Positions 23,191 through 37,376 are shown, counted from the first letter of the whole stretch. The stretch: 62,000 bases of DNA, filler included, from Choristocarpus tenellus KU-1152 (GCA_964200185.2; 11 parts of 11 records of this genome joined end to end with filler, not necessarily neighbours in it); one strand, 5' to 3'. The notes: generated by a model not told the origin, from the sequence alone. Made by a program: numbers and translations.

Positions 23191-26100
23191 GCTACCAGTA
23201 GCTACCAACACAGGCAGGGGGGGAAATATTAGTGGAGGATGTGTTGTGAGGAAAGATATTTGATGTTTGATTACCTGTCACATTGGGTGATCAAGAGGAA
23301 ATGAAGAGCAGGGGGATTGATCACTTGTGTTCCAACATCAGTGAATTCCTCCACATCCAATTGTGAGGGAGAAAGGGGTTGAAACCCACACTACACTATG
23401 CCTACAGTGGGGTGAGATGTTTACTTGAGGTTGGCAATTAGATCTTCCACGTCAGTTTTATTTTCTAAGGCTGAACTTGAGATGCAGAGTCGCCTATCAC
23501 CATACACACAGAGTCAAAGTAAACAAAATGGAGTATGGGTAGGGTTCTATTTTATGGATGCTGACACACATCTGTGCAAATTCAGCCTTTTTGTACATAC
23601 AACCTTAGGATTTTTTCTTAATTCAGTTGAGAATTTTAATGTAGAGTGTTTGCTCCAAATAAAATCCACTATCGGAAAGTTTTATCTGTCGCCCCATGTT
23701 CTGCTGCTGGATAAGAATATCCCCTTTTCGTTTCGTAGTGTTTTGAAATGTTCTTTTTTTTATGAGTGGGTTAGGGTTGGNNNNNNNNNNNNNNNNNNNN
23801 NNNNNNNNNNNNNNNNNNNNNNNNTTAATTAATTAANNNNNNNNNNNNNNNNNNNNNNNNNNNNNNNNNNNNNNNNNNNNCACCAGGGTGTCCATTAGGA
23901 CCAAAATCAGGAACAGTGCATTTACGTTATCCATCCGACGTATGCAACCAAATCACCCAAAAATCGCGACATGAAAAATTTGACTCCAAATGGACAGCCG
24001 CCAACCCCCCCCCAAGAGACTCTGGGTCAAATAGATTGTATTGCACAGGGTAAGACGATGGTTTCGGATGCGAAAGGGGCCAAACCTGCCTACCTCTCAA
24101 TTGGTTTGGCTCTCAATAAAGGGTATAGTCCTTGTCCATCTCGAATGACAGCCTCACTTCGTCCATTTTGAGTGGTAGAAGGTAGGTTGCAGAAGTAGTT
24201 TTAGCCAGAACAATTGCAAACAAATTTTATTCCCTCACTCCTTGAGAGCGACCTTCTTGCACTGGGAAGGACGGTATGTGTGAGCAGGGGGGTAAACAGT
24301 TCCAGACCGCTACTGATCATTGGTCGCCAAGGTACAAAGTTAAAATGAAGCCAAACCTGGGGAGTATTCAATTAGGGACACAACCCTCCTTCTTTCTACT
24401 TGCTACACATATCCACAAAGAAAAGAAGCATAGTATTCACCATGCAACCAAGACTTCTTCTCCCACTTAAAGCCGAGCAATGCAACCGTATCATAGGGGC
24501 CATGTAACTACAACTACGATACGAAATACTTCGATGTACAGGGTACACGATATTTCTAGTACTTTATTTCACACATACATATATATTGTTACAGGCAACC
24601 TCAACACCTTTGCGGTGGAATTTGATCCAAAGTATCCGGGGGGGGGGGGGGGGGGGGAACACCGGGGGGCCTTGTTGGGAGAAAACCAGGANNNNNNNNN
24701 NTTGCTTCATCCTGTGGAGTTCTTCGGGTTATGCGGTAGACGGTTTGGGGGGTGGGGTTTGGTTGTAGTCTACACCAGGGTGCCTATTTGGGTCATAACC
24801 AGGAAAGGTGCACTTACATTATCCATCCGACGTATGCAAACAAATCATCCAAAAATTGTGACATGGAAAAAAAGGGCCCCAAATGGACAGCTGGCACCCC
24901 CCCCCAGATACTTTGAGCCTTTTTTGGATGAGTTGGAGAGCAAGTAGAACGTTCCTTGGATGAGTTAGCCACACATGCAGTACGAAGGAGAGAGGCGGGA
25001 GGTTATAGCAGGAAAGGGGCTGTCAAATACCACAACTAAATTGTGTCTGTCTCTGCACAAGTGGCTCTCTCAAGACGTGTCATGCGTCTTACACTGGAGA
25101 CACCAGGGAAATGGGCAAGGACGGGCCTGTCAGATCCCTGGGATGCTTCCCTAGCTCCTCGCCCAGTTGTATAGGGCTAAGCTAGGTTGGAGGCACAGCA
25201 GCAGTTTACACATGATATTGTAATTACGAGCCTTTAAAAGAGTGTTTGTAGTATAGGTGGTACTCAAATAGCAAATAGATTTTGGAAAGATATCTTTCAC
25301 ATGTACGACAACTGTTATTTTTACCACAGGGGTCCTTGTGATATGGTTTGATTTTTCCCTGATACATCTACAAAATGTTGGAGGCCACAATAATATATGT
25401 TTTATGATAAAAAAAAAAATGCCCTCTCATCAGTGGGCTTAGATCGGAAAGAACAAGACATACAGAACTCTAGTTGATGTATAAAGTACAAATGTTGTTT
25501 TACGTCTACACCTGTCCTCTAACTCAGCCTATGAAGCCATGAAATTGGTGGATGCGACAGACAAGCTCTTCGGATTAAGGGGAATGGGAAGGTCCATAGG
25601 AGGTTGGAGCAAGGACAGATATGACAAGGAAGGGGAGTCACAAAGGGGTGAAGTTAATTGAGAGGTCAAGAGTGAGATAAGGGAGGAAAGGGTGGGAGGT
25701 GCAGTGTCTCACATGTCGTCCTGAAAAATGCTGATGAGGAACCCAAGTTCTCCCGAATATGATATTCATGAAGAAAATCCACACTTCGGGTACTCCTTGT
25801 GTAGTGAAGGCGCCACAAACCATACCTTAAAGTGGAGGCGGCTATCACAATGCCATTTGCCAAATATAATGGAACAATTTAAATCACGCAGGTAAGAAAC
25901 ACATTTTTTGTGAGTGATAGAGCAGTGTTTGTGCTATTTACTTGGTGCTCATAGATATGTAACTGTACTTATTCTCAAAAACATCAATGTTCCTGGCCAA
26001 GTAGTGTCACATCAGTGAGCTGCATGATCTCTTCAATGCTACTCTGAGGCATGTTTGAGGGGCACCTGCCTTTGCTTGCTCCCAGTGGGAAGCACAGGGC

Positions 26101-26567
26101 AGTCAAGAGCACCCCTCAGGGATGTTTGACTTTGGTTGCACTCTGGACGCTTAGTGGACAATGTTTCGTTCGCAATCTAGCAGTGTTTGCCTCTCTTTCC
26201 TCACTCACTGTTCCCAGCGTAATGAGGACACTCTCGAGATGCGAGACAAAGAGAGGAATATGTAGGTAGTGGTTGCAGTGAAAACAGATTTTCCAATCTA
26301 CTTCACGCTTCTCAATTTGGACAAAGGCTCCAAGTATCTAGGGGGGGGGTGCCAGCTGTCCATTTGGGGTCAATTTTTTCCATGTCGCAATTTTTGGGTG
26401 CTTTGGTTGCATAAGCCGGATGGATAATGTAAGTGTACTTTTCCTGGTTATGGCCCAAATGGACACCNNNNNNNNNNNNNNNNNNNNNNNNNNNNNNNNN
26501 NNNNNNNNNNNTTAATTAATTAANNNNNNNNNNNNNNNNNNNNNNNNNNNNNNNNNNNNNNNNNNNN

Positions 26568-27000
26568 CCCCCTTGGTTTATGGCTTTGCACCGTCCTTCT
26601 GTACAAAGGTGGTGTCTCTTTCCGGCTTAGGCATGCAGACCTTGATTGCCAGGCTGACATCCTCCATCATCTGGCAGCCCTACTCTTCGGATAACAGAAC
26701 ATGGTGATTTGGGAAATTCTGAAGTCCTCCACAATGGCTGCCTCTATCCCGAGGCATCTGAGTCTTGAATCCTCTCGCCTCCAGGAATCACACCACCACG
26801 TTTCGTTGGGGTGCTTTAGTCTGGACCCTCTGGACAGACTTCTGGGCCGAATAAATGGAACCAATGGGCGATGACAGGATGAACGAGCCGCTCCAACAAC
26901 AGGGGGCCTTCGTCCTGGGCATTCCAATGAACACCCGCTTTGAAAGATTCATGAGGTTTTTGAACCCTGTCAAGTGCGACTTAGTTGACTTTGCACTGGT
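26568..27000 (-). mobile_element. Probable decayed Tc1/mariner-like transposase fragment
   Basis: Minus-strand pieces KSHLT..., AQKSVQRVQTKAPQRNVV and EDVSLAIKVCMPKPERDTTFVQKDGAKP resemble the plant/oomycete mariner consensus (PAIKAKWP...IYIQQDNAKPH). Broken by stops and frameshifts. Confidence 0.45.
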
Positions 27001-30000
27001 GGTCCTCCACAGTCATAAGATCCACCATCTCTTAAAATTTTCATACAGTCCAATCTATATCAGAACTCTACGTCGTGGGTCATTCCCAAGCGAGAAAAAA
27101 GTCTTCAAAGTTGTGTTGCATTTAATTCCGAACAGAGGAAGTAGCACTGTTATTTTTTCTCATGATCATACCCCCACCCCGTTAACTTCCCAAACCTTAC
27201 CCCCTACTACCTTGACCTGATCATGAAGAGGAACAGGAGGAAACAATACTTGAAGTGACTATGCCAGGACACCTATTGTGCACCAAGGTATCTGCAACTG
27301 AGAATGAGCTAGAACTTGGTTCCACGAAATATATGAGGATTATCAACCAAGTTTCAGTCTGTTCGCTGAGGAAATATTGATGCTTCTCCCTTTAGATTTC
27401 TCTCTCTCCTATATGTTGCCAGATGGAAGACCGAGAGTGGCAATTGGGTGAGGCTCCCGTGTGTATATATATGTGTGTGTGTGCAAAGGAGGCGGCTGCT
27501 GACCAGGCTGATCAGTTTGAAGGTAGAGCCAACGAAAAGAATACGGGTGATTAGTCAAAAATGGGAAGCAGGTAAAAAATCTTCCCATAGACAAAGAGAA
27601 ACCAAGTATTGCAGGACGGATGGGTTCCGTAGTTTGATACATCAAGGGGGTGTTACCAGCAAGAAGAATATGCTGTGCATGATGGGATTGAACATCTTGC
27701 CACTCGATCAAAACAGCTACTTGGTGTTCTATTGCACTGAGTATACAACCTTCGAACCTGAATCCATGGAAGCACTAAAAAAGTACCTGGAAAAACGCTC
27801 CGCTCTAGTACGCAAGTTAACAGGTGATAGTTGAGATGCAGTTGGCGAGGCTATGGCAAAGTCCAATGGTGACAATGCGACATGGTAAGAGATCGAATAT
27901 CGTGCACAGTTTTCCACCCATCAAATCACAAAGAAGACCTCATTATCGACATCAAACAAAGTGACAAGAAGAGCGAGGTACACCAAGAAGGTTGCTGTAG
28001 GCAGGAATGCTTATGCTTCTTGTCCAGGATTGAGAAAAAAAACTCCAAGAAAGCCTGTATCTTGCAACCTGCAACAAGTCCTAGACTCAATCCAAGAAGT
28101 CGATGTCTCCTGTAGACAGCTAACCTACCAGTCATCATACCGCAGAATAGTATGTTTGACTCACCTCCACCCCAAGATGGAGATCAATTTGATGTTGTGG
28201 ACGAACCTATGAATTTGTATACCACCACCAGAGGTGGCAATGGTTGCACTAATAATACGTGTGAAACAAAGATTCCAGAAGGTTACATTCTTCTTGGGAG
28301 ATATACTGACTTGTTCCTCTGCATAGAGATAGTGAGTCCGAGGACAACCACACAAGATCATCTACAGCGTGACTAAGCACTTCTTCCATGATTGTGTGTC
28401 ATACCTCTTTCAGCATAAGGTTCATAGACCGGATGGTGGTAGTGGTGGGAAAACAATTATAAACAGGATCTCAACCACTGTCCTTTGACCAGTGACACCA
28501 GTCATCTATTCAGGTGCAAGAACATCGACTGGAAGACCAAAGCATTAGTCCCTGACCTTCACTATTTGGTGTATAAGGAAATATTGAAGAAATGCAACCA
28601 TAAACTGCACACTCAACCGCAAATTGTCAACCAATATACGAAACAATATCTTTTCTCATTTGTATTCTTACGTTGCCGAAGATCATCTATTTCATCAACA
28701 ATTTTATATCAACAACACATACATAGCAGGATGACTACCACACCTGGAAATTCGACACTGCAGTATCTTAAACCAATCAAATCACGCTCCCATAGTTTCA
28801 ACTTGCTCAATAAACAAAAGTTTGGCCATATCAACATATGACACCAACCAGTTCGAAATGTAGTCACTATATCAAGGTATGTTCATTCATCAATATAGAA
28901 CTCATGACAGGTGTCTGATTCAAAACCTCAATTCTGACCCTTCAAATACAATCTTCCTCACCCCTTTACTCAATACATATGCTTTGGCCTCTGGATTGGT
29001 GTCATTATCGGATTTTGTCGCCCCATATGATATTGAGACGGCGAACCCATATCTATATTGGCTACCCTTGTTCTGGTTTCTACACCTGACTACTTAAGTG
29101 CTAATAGTACTAGTATTTTGTCATTAATATGCAGGATTTACAGAACTAAGCAACCCAATTTATATAATTCTGCAATTACTCGTCCCAACTGTGGCTTGTT
29201 CTACGACATTTTGGTGAACATACTCCCATAGATTCCTTGTAGCTTCTACCACAGGAGAGCCTCTGATTACCTTTTTGTCCATGTTTTCTTCACGGGCAGG
29301 AGAGTCAAGTTCTATCTTTCCACACCTACTTTTTACTGACAGCTGAAGCACCAATATGATGACATCAACTACTAGGGATGTGACTGTGTAGTGAACGCGA
29401 TAAGGATAGAAAATCAGGGAATCCAGACCTAGTTCACTTGTTGTCCAGGCATTTGATTCAGAGAGAGGAATGATTGAATATTTGTATGGGCATTAATCAT
29501 GTAGAATGAATGCCCAGTATATGCTGTCGACTTGAAAATATATTTTTTGGTGGTGACTATTACCATCAAAGAAATAGTCCTTGCTCCAGCATATGTCATA
29601 TATTCGTTGAATTGGCTTTCTTGGAACAACAATAAATTGTGCTTGCCAACCTCAAGGAAGAGTTGCCGGCCAATGGCAACCCACCNNNNNNNNNNNNNNN
29701 NNNNNNNNNNNNNNNNNNNNNNNNNNNNNTTAATTAATTAANNNNNNNNNNNNNNNNNNNNNNNNNNNNNNNNNNNNNNNNNNNNATCGCGATATGAAAA
29801 AATTGACCCCAAATGGACAGCCGCTACCCCCTCCCAGATAATTTGAGACATCTAGTACAAAAAAAAGGGGTGTACAGGGTGTAAAATGGTAGGAAAATCA
29901 AGTTGAGTCGTGTTTAGATGATTTGGTCGAGTGAAGAAACATCGTATTGCTGACAAGTTTTCATCCTCCCATGTATTGTTTATGGAAGGTGTTGAACTTG

Positions 30001-30354
30001 ATGTTCTGTAGTTGTAGGAAACGATAATCACTTCAGAAGTCCGATAATCTCGACATGAACCGTTTGATCACCAGATGTCCAAGCTGGGGAGACCTACGTC
30101 TTTAGTTTAGTTGTTACCAAGGAAAGAGGAGGATGCAACCTCGAAGGGAACACACTCTCCTATCACCACCAGAAGAATCACTACATCAAAAACACTACTT
30201 TTGTTATTACTAATAATAATGTTACACATTACATTTTTGTTATGGAACTAGCAATCTTGTTCTTCGCCTGTCGCGCAGAGTTCTCATCGCGCGTTTGGGC
30301 GACTAAAATGGGTAATGGAGAACTGGACAACGAATTTGAAGAGGACTGGTTGCA

Positions 30355-30821
30355 ATGACTTCCAAGGAGACCAAGGGTAGCGGGGAGGAAAATCTAACAG
30401 AGCAACAAATCATATCCACGTACAGGGGTATGCTCAATGAGGTCTCGCAGATGAGACGCAAGATATCTGAATTGGAACAAGAAATGGGGGAGCACCAGTA
30501 AGTTTTTTACACCTCCATGACAAATATCCTATACCAAACCTTGTTTGATTCGTTGTGTGTACCTTCATCTCATGCTTGGATTCTTGTCAGCTCCAAACTT
30601 GAACCCCTACCCCACACCCTGTCGGAAGACTTGTGGTAGATACACTGCAGCCAATGGAGCAATCTCGGCGGGCTTATAGGCTTGTAGGGGGAGTTCTGGT
30701 AGAACGAACAGTGGGTGAGGTCTTGCCATCAGTGGAGGCAAATAAGAATGGCATCAAGCAGGTGCTGGAACATCTTGGAAAAAGTCTTAGCGAGAAGGAG
30801 TTGGCGGCGACAGATTGGAAG
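30355..30821 (+). CDS. PFDN2: Prefoldin subunit 2, exons 30355-30497 and 30629-30821; final short exon not located
   Basis: MTSKE...IISTYRGMLNEVSQMRRKISELEQEMGEHQ/LVVDTLQPMEQSRRAYRLVGGVLVERTVGEVLPSVEANKNGI carries the RLVGGVLVERTV signature. Phase-2 GT-AG intron; donor after DWK. Confidence 0.92.
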
Positions 30822-33800
30822 GTGAGTGTGTCTACTGCTAGCAATACAAGAATATGTGAAGAGCGGGTTATGGTCTAGGAACTGCACCACCGTATCCATT
30901 GTCGCCTTGAATACTACCGCAGCAGAGGCCTGGACAGGCAGAATTCAAACGGTTATAAATCAGTTTTGGATTGGGTTCGTGCCCTGCCTTGGGACAACAG
31001 CGATTTGACATTGGCACTCTTCAAACAAGGAGCTTGTCGGGTAGCTTGATTGGAGCTTCCTACCTGGGGAAGGATAGTATCCTGTCTATCATGCTCGATT
31101 TTTTGTTCCAATTTAAATCAATGCATTTGTTCAAAGATTATAATATAAACGGACACCCCCTCACAACCCCCCCCCCCCCCCAAGACCTCTAATCTTCTCT
31201 GGTTTTCGTGGTACAATGATCGTGTTGACTTTGCAAGTAGGGCAACGTGTATCCATGCTGATTAATGTTCTTGATCGAACGGAATGCACCCAGCTCTCGT
31301 GTACAAGCGTGGATGATACTTTGAACAAGTTGTCTCCCCATGTGTCTGTTTTAAACCTGAATGATACTATTAATGTGAAAGTGTCAGTATTGTGTAGCAA
31401 TATTTTAATAGGGCAACCTAAGTAAAGTTATCCTGCCAAGGAACAATGGGTGAGGAAGGAAAGGCAAAGAGGTTTATTTTTTTGACTTGAAGCCTACTGT
31501 AACCCTGTTCAAGGTCATGGCAAGTCCTTGCAACTAACGACGCACAGAGATCCAAGATCTTGATGTGCATTTACGTAAACTATACTAGGTGTGGTGGTGG
31601 TTGATTTGAGACATCCGAGGAAGTAGTTATGTTGCACATTGCACGCAGTTCAGTGCATTTAATTTAAAAAAAACTGTTTGCGGTTTGATCAGAGCATAAT
31701 TTTGAAAGGATGACACTGACAGTCCGATAGCAATCCAGAGGAAAGGAGGGTGGTGAGGCGTGAATCATTGAAAATGGCAAATGGACGAGGGCAATGTAAG
31801 ACTGGTAGAGGATGGTGGGCAGGTGAATCAACCTTAAGCTGTGAAAGGTTTTGAGGAAGGACATACATGCATGCCTTTTCTCCTTGCCTTGGCTCCATTG
31901 AGGAAGGCGGCCTCTCTCTGCATTACTGTGGTGGTAGAAGTGTTTGTAGTAATGCTATTGGTACATGCAGTGGGATTTTCTATTGATAGATAACTACTGT
32001 ATACCTTTCCTGCTCTGAGGGTAGGAGCCATTATTGGTGAGAGTTTGGTGTTTCTAGCGCAGTTTTTGACAGGTGTACCACCTGATATTTTCACTTCTTA
32101 CGCTGCATGTCCTGTTGCTGTGATGTATCTTTTGTCAAAGAGATGACTTTCCTTGAGAAGCAGCGTTGTCCATTTTATCCCTATCCCTACCCCACTGGCA
32201 GTTAAAAACTATCGGCTGATATAGAGCTCTCGCCTATCACCAATGATGTTGCTGCAAGTAACTGCGATGGGTATTGACTGTTTTGATCTTCAACTAGTAT
32301 TTTAGTATAGTGAGAGACCCCCAGGGGTTTGGTAGAGGTAACTACTCCTGTCCACAGTTATATGTTGCTCTAGTCACTGTGATTGTTCAGCTGATAGTTA
32401 GCTAGTTACTTAGTTCCTTGATTCGTTTATTTACTTATTTTCTAATGAGCAGTTGATTGTTACTTTCATACAAACTAATACAACACTAATAGTGCAGTAT
32501 GTAAGTAACGGGCTGAGGGAGATCATCAGAGCTTGCTCATGAGGTACCTATCTTCAGCCTCTGCAGCCATTTTTTTGGGTCAAACCTTTGTATCCACCCC
32601 CTGTAGTGGTCTTGTAATCATGGACTCCGGTCAACTCTACAAGTGATGAACATTTTCTTCTTTTTTTTATGCAGTACCTATTGATGGTGCTTGACACTCA
32701 TCCACTCTCTCTTCCAAGTATACAAGTTTGTCCTGTTTTACTCCACAGTACCACTACATTCGAAGTTTTGTTGTTTTGGTGCAAAGTAATGACAAATGAT
32801 ACCCTCTAAGGAGTGGACAAAAAGGGGTATACCCCAACCTTTTTGGTCCTGACGGGGCACTTTGATTTGATACCTGTATGGAGGATCTGAGCAAATGGGG
32901 TGAGAGATGTGTAGCAATGACTTAATGGTACCTCTTTTGATCTGGAACACGGGGGCACACCCCTTGTCATCTGGTATCGCGAGCTTGTACCCTTTTTTGT
33001 CTTCAGTGAAACATAAAATACCACTCTCTTGCCCAAGACCACAAGAAGGTACCCCCTGAGAAAAACCTCCTTGGTGTGTGTCTACGCAGTAGGACCTTCC
33101 CTTCCCCAACCTTCCGAAATCGCTTCAATTTCATAAAAAAAATTTAACGAAAGGGAACTAACTTGTTGAGAATCCATCTATCTGAGAATTCAAGATGGTT
33201 CTAATTCCTGCTGTCAATGACGCGCTGATTTCAATGCATGTTACGTGCATGGAAGATTCAGTGATGTTTTGAGAATTTACTCCGATTATCGCCCAAGAAA
33301 ATAAGAAAAAATACCACTCCTTTTCTTTTTTTTAGTGAGGTGTGGTTGTATCAACACCAGACAGAACCCATGCACTGCACACTGAGGTACAGATATTTTT
33401 TTCTAATTTTTGTTCGTATATGAAGGAACAGTTCCTTCCAACAAGTACGCGACAAGGAATTGTTCTTTCAGGTTCAGATTTTTTTTTGTGAAATGAACAG
33501 AATAGTGTCAATCAATAGAAGGATATTAAAGAGACGGAACTTCACCCCTCACAGTTCGTTCCATTTCTCATTAATATTCCACGTGGAAGTTCCTTAGCAA
33601 CAACTTGATTTGCTATTATATGAAGAGGTGTCAAGTGCATACGCCCAAGTCGTATACTCCCTTGAGTCTGATTAAGTAGGGATATACCACATTTCCGCCA
33701 CTGCTCTTTTTATTACCACCTCCAGAATGACCATGCATGCACAATTGTTTAATGATGGTGTTTCAGGTCCATGTGTGAGTGAGTGACTTCTCAATGCCAG

Positions 33801-34119
33801 CTGGGTAATTAGTGTGAGATGAAGGGGGGGGGGGGGGGGGTTGTGAATGAAGAATTTATTTTATTTGCGAATGGGGATAAAGTNNNNNNNNNNNNNNNNN
33901 NNNNNNNNNNNNNNNNNNNNNNNNNNNTTAATTAATTAANNNNNNNNNNNNNNNNNNNNNNNNNNNNNNNNNNNNNNNNNNNNATGAAAGTGCACTTTTC
34001 CTGGTTTTCGTCCGAAATTGACCCTCTGGTGTAGACCCCCTCCCCCCCCCCCAGATACTTTGGGTCATTTGTTGAGTGCAAACCCTCAGGAAAGGAACGC
34101 AACCCAAATGTTCCTTCAT

Positions 34120-34225
34120 GTTACGTTACGTTACGTTACATTACATTACGTTACGTTACGTTATATTATATTATGTTATGCTATGTTATGTTATGTTATG
34201 TTATGTTACATTATGTTACGTCAAG
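34120..34225. repeat. Pentanucleotide microsatellite (TTACG/TTATG)n
   Basis: Direct inspection. Confidence 0.9.
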
Positions 34226-34260
34226 TTACATTGAGCATTTCAAAAGCTTCATATCCAATA

Positions 34261-34528
34261 GAGTCAATGTATCTTAGAGGGTAGGGCCGCATCCATTTGG
34301 GGGCCAAAATCCAATGTTGCGATTTTTATGCAATCTTGGCCATCGTGTTTCTTAGGAAGTGTCAACAACCACTTTCTGGACAACGCCTTTTCATAATATA
34401 TACTACATTTTACCTATTCCGAAACATTTTGGGGGTAGGAAAATGTCATTTAAAAAAAAATGTGGGAAGCCAAGCCCCCAAAATGGACAAACAGGGCGAA
34501 AATCATATCCTCTAAGACACTTTCACTC
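34261..34528 (+). mobile_element. MITE family A copy with 3-bp TSD ATA
   Basis: GAG...CACTC termini, flanked by ATA at 34258-34260 and 34529-34531. Confidence 0.85.
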
Positions 34529-34979
34529 ATATCATCTCAAAGCTTACTTCGGAAGAGTGTTTTCGGTTGCTTGTATTACAGATTCGTGTCTCAACCTCTC
34601 AACCAGCAGCAGCATATGTTGACTGTGTACAACACAGGAATGGTTTCTTACATCAAGGTTGCATACGTATGAAGCAAGTAAAAAAAAAACAACATCTAAC
34701 TCTGGTCCTCCAACACCAAGCTGAACACGACCTGTGGGGCATTTCATATTTTGGGAGACTGCAAGAACTGATGAGCTTAGGCCAATGTGGACTGTCTAGA
34801 AACCAAACACTTGTCTGGCAAACATGTAAAAAAAAATGCCCCCCTGTGCAATGTGATGGTCGGTGGCATTAACGACACCCACCAGAGCATTTTTTGTTTT
34901 CCACAGTCCCTCAAGATTCGTGTTAATCACTATTTTAATCCATGTATATTTATATATATACTCATTTTAACTGTGTCAA

Positions 34980-35328
34980 AGTAAGCAAGAAGAGGTACCC
35001 AGAGAGTTGAATTTTAAGAACGCTGACAGACACGCGTCCAATATTCGACTTTTTTTTTTTTTTCNNNNNNNNNCCCAGACAGTTAAATTTTAATTACTAT
35101 GTAATATTCGCGTCTATTATTTGTTTTTTTTTTTTTTTTCATAAAGGTACAGCGTATTTTCTTATAAAAAAAAAAAGTCTCGAACAACAACTGAGAAATG
35201 AGCACTTAATAAAAAAAAGAGCCGAACTTAGCTCTACACTGCAGAAATATGGGGGAATTGCGACAAACGTTGACAAAACTGGCTTTAAAAGTGCAAAACG
35301 GCCAAAATCTGGATACCTCTCTTCTGCT
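34980..35328 (+). mobile_element. MITE family C copy (TIR GTAAACGAGAGGTACCCAG-like)
   Basis: Ends GTAAGCAAGAAGAGGTACCCAGAG... and ...GCAAAACGGCCAAAATCTGGATACCTCTC match the copy at 39081-39318. Confidence 0.7.
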
Positions 35329-35350
35329 CTCGGATCGCTTCACACTCCAG

Positions 35351-37049
35351 GGTGTTCAACATGCACTTGACTCCGGGCCAATTGGCGGCGCTCATGTCCA
35401 AGTTTGACAAAGATGGGGATGGTTCAGTGGACTGTGGAGAATTTCTGCTGGTGTTTTTCAAGATAGGGTTCCAAGTGAGGAAAACGAAACTTAGAAAAAA
35501 AAGTCTTAGGAAGAGGCTGGCTGACAAGTGGGCAAGAATAGTGAATGCTATAGATAGGTAGGTAGATAGATGCCTGTGTTCAACCTTCCCGATTATTTTG
35601 CTGCTTCAAAGTACAAAGGTAGAGCCGGTGCAAGCGAGAGGTATCCAGGTTTGGGGCGTTTTGTGTTTTTTAAAGCCAGTTTTTTCAATATTTTTTTGTT
35701 CACTCGTATTTTGTATGGATCAAGCGCTAAGTTTGACTTGAGAGCATTGATTTCTGTTACGCGTTGAGACCTTTTCACAGAATTCAAGAAAAATTCGAAC
35801 AGGAACTTTTTTTGAAAAAAAATAGCCATACTTCGTTCAGATTTGTCAGCGTCCCCAAAATGCAACTCTGGGTACCTCTCGCATTTACCTCAACTCAGTA
35901 GCAGTTAGGGTCGGGGTCAGGGTCGGGGTCAGGGTCAGGGCTAGGTCTTCGGCTAGGGCTAGGGCTAGGATTACGACTACTGTAGTGCCTTGCCATGTCT
36001 ACAAAGCCTGATTGAGTACTAGAATCGACCAAGCGTGCACCATATTCCTTTCAAACACAAAATGAATACACTCCTATTTGTCCAGGTGTGTCATTAGCAT
36101 ATCGTGGCTATTTGTATACCTGTGAGCCAAAGTATCTTGGAGGCTAGAGCCGCATCCATTTGGGGGTCAAAATCCAACGTTACAATTCTGATGTAAACTT
36201 GGCTATCACTTTTGTTAGGAGATGTCAAAAATACCCTTGTTCCGGACACTACTTTTCATAACGCATACATTTTTACCTGCTCTGAAATATTCTGGAGTAG
36301 GTACAAATGCCATAAAAAAACATGTGGGCAGTTAAGCCCCAAATTGGCAAACAGGAAAAAAAAAAACTCGTACCCTCTACGGTATTTTCACTCTGTCGTG
36401 GTGCAGTCTCTGCGGGGTTTGGTTGATTGTGTGCGTAGACGTCAGCAGCATTCCACGGCCACACCTGTGTCAATCTCTTACACGGCTGATTAATGAACGG
36501 TAAGAACAGGAGCGTTCGCGAAGGACAGAGCTGCGTAGGGAGGGGGAACGCCGAAAGAGGGAGAGGGAGGTTGCTGATGCCAAGGCGAGGATTGAGGAGG
36601 TAGAGGAGAGAGCGCACTTGAAGGTGGGTTCAACTGCGGCGGAAAAGTGATGACATCATCCTGGGTGTAGAGTTGTTGGTCGTTCAGGATCCCATTACGC
36701 ACATAAATGTTGTTGTGCCTTACGTAATGTAAGTTATAAACTCTTGATCAGCAGTAATATATATACATATTTTATAACAGCAGCGATAAGCAACAGGTTA
36801 GTAGGAGGTTCAACTTAGGGTTATGGGCTAAGTTTTGACCTCCTTCCGACAGACTACGTTGGGTAGTTTGGGTGACTGACTGCCCTCATCATACAGTCTA
36901 CACGCCTTGCTCTTTCCAACTGTTGATCGAAAAAGGTTGACTACATATATTCCCCCGAAGAGCAAGCATCCGGCTTGGAGAAACTGGTGGAGGCTGCTGT
37001 ACGGTATGATGCCACAGGACCGGCTGCCATGAGTTTAGCAGCATTTCAG
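35351..37049 (+). CDS. EF-hand calcium-binding/coiled-coil protein, internal exons 35351-35474, 36510-36623, 36936-37049 (partial)
   Basis: VFNMHLTPGQLAALMSKFDKDGDGSVDCGEFLLVFFKIGFQ contains a canonical EF loop (DKDGDGSVDCGE). It joins in frame to ERSRRTELRREGERRKREREVADAKARIEEVEERAHLK and VDYIYSPEEQASGLEKLVEAAVRYDATGPAAMSLAAFQ through GT-AG introns. Confidence 0.8.
35627..35889 (-). mobile_element. MITE family C copy, inverted relative to 34980-35328
   Basis: GCGAGAGGTATCCAGGTTTGGGGCGTTTTG...AAAATGCAACTCTGGGTACCTCTCGCATTTACC. Confidence 0.75.
36124..36393 (+). mobile_element. MITE family A copy with 3-bp TSD TGT, in an EF-hand gene intron
   Basis: TGT-GAGCCAAAGTATCTT...TTTTCACTC-TGT. Confidence 0.85.
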
Positions 37050-37376
37050 GTCATCGGTTTAGAGTTGCGGTTGGGGTTAGGTGGATGCCTGTTGATTGGT
37101 GGGAGAGTAGGTGAGGGCTGCAAGGCAAGGATACCCTATGGCTAAAATGTGACACATACGGACTATTCTATTGGTTGCAAAGGTTGCTCTTCATAATATG
37201 TCTCAGGGAGGGAGGTGGGGAGGGAGGTGGGGAGGGAGGGAGGGAGGGAGGGAGGGAGGGCGCCATTGTGCTTATGNNNNNNNNNNNNNNNNNNNNNNNN
37301 NNNNNNNNNNNNNNNNNNNNTTAATTAATTAANNNNNNNNNNNNNNNNNNNNNNNNNNNNNNNNNNNNNNNNNNNN

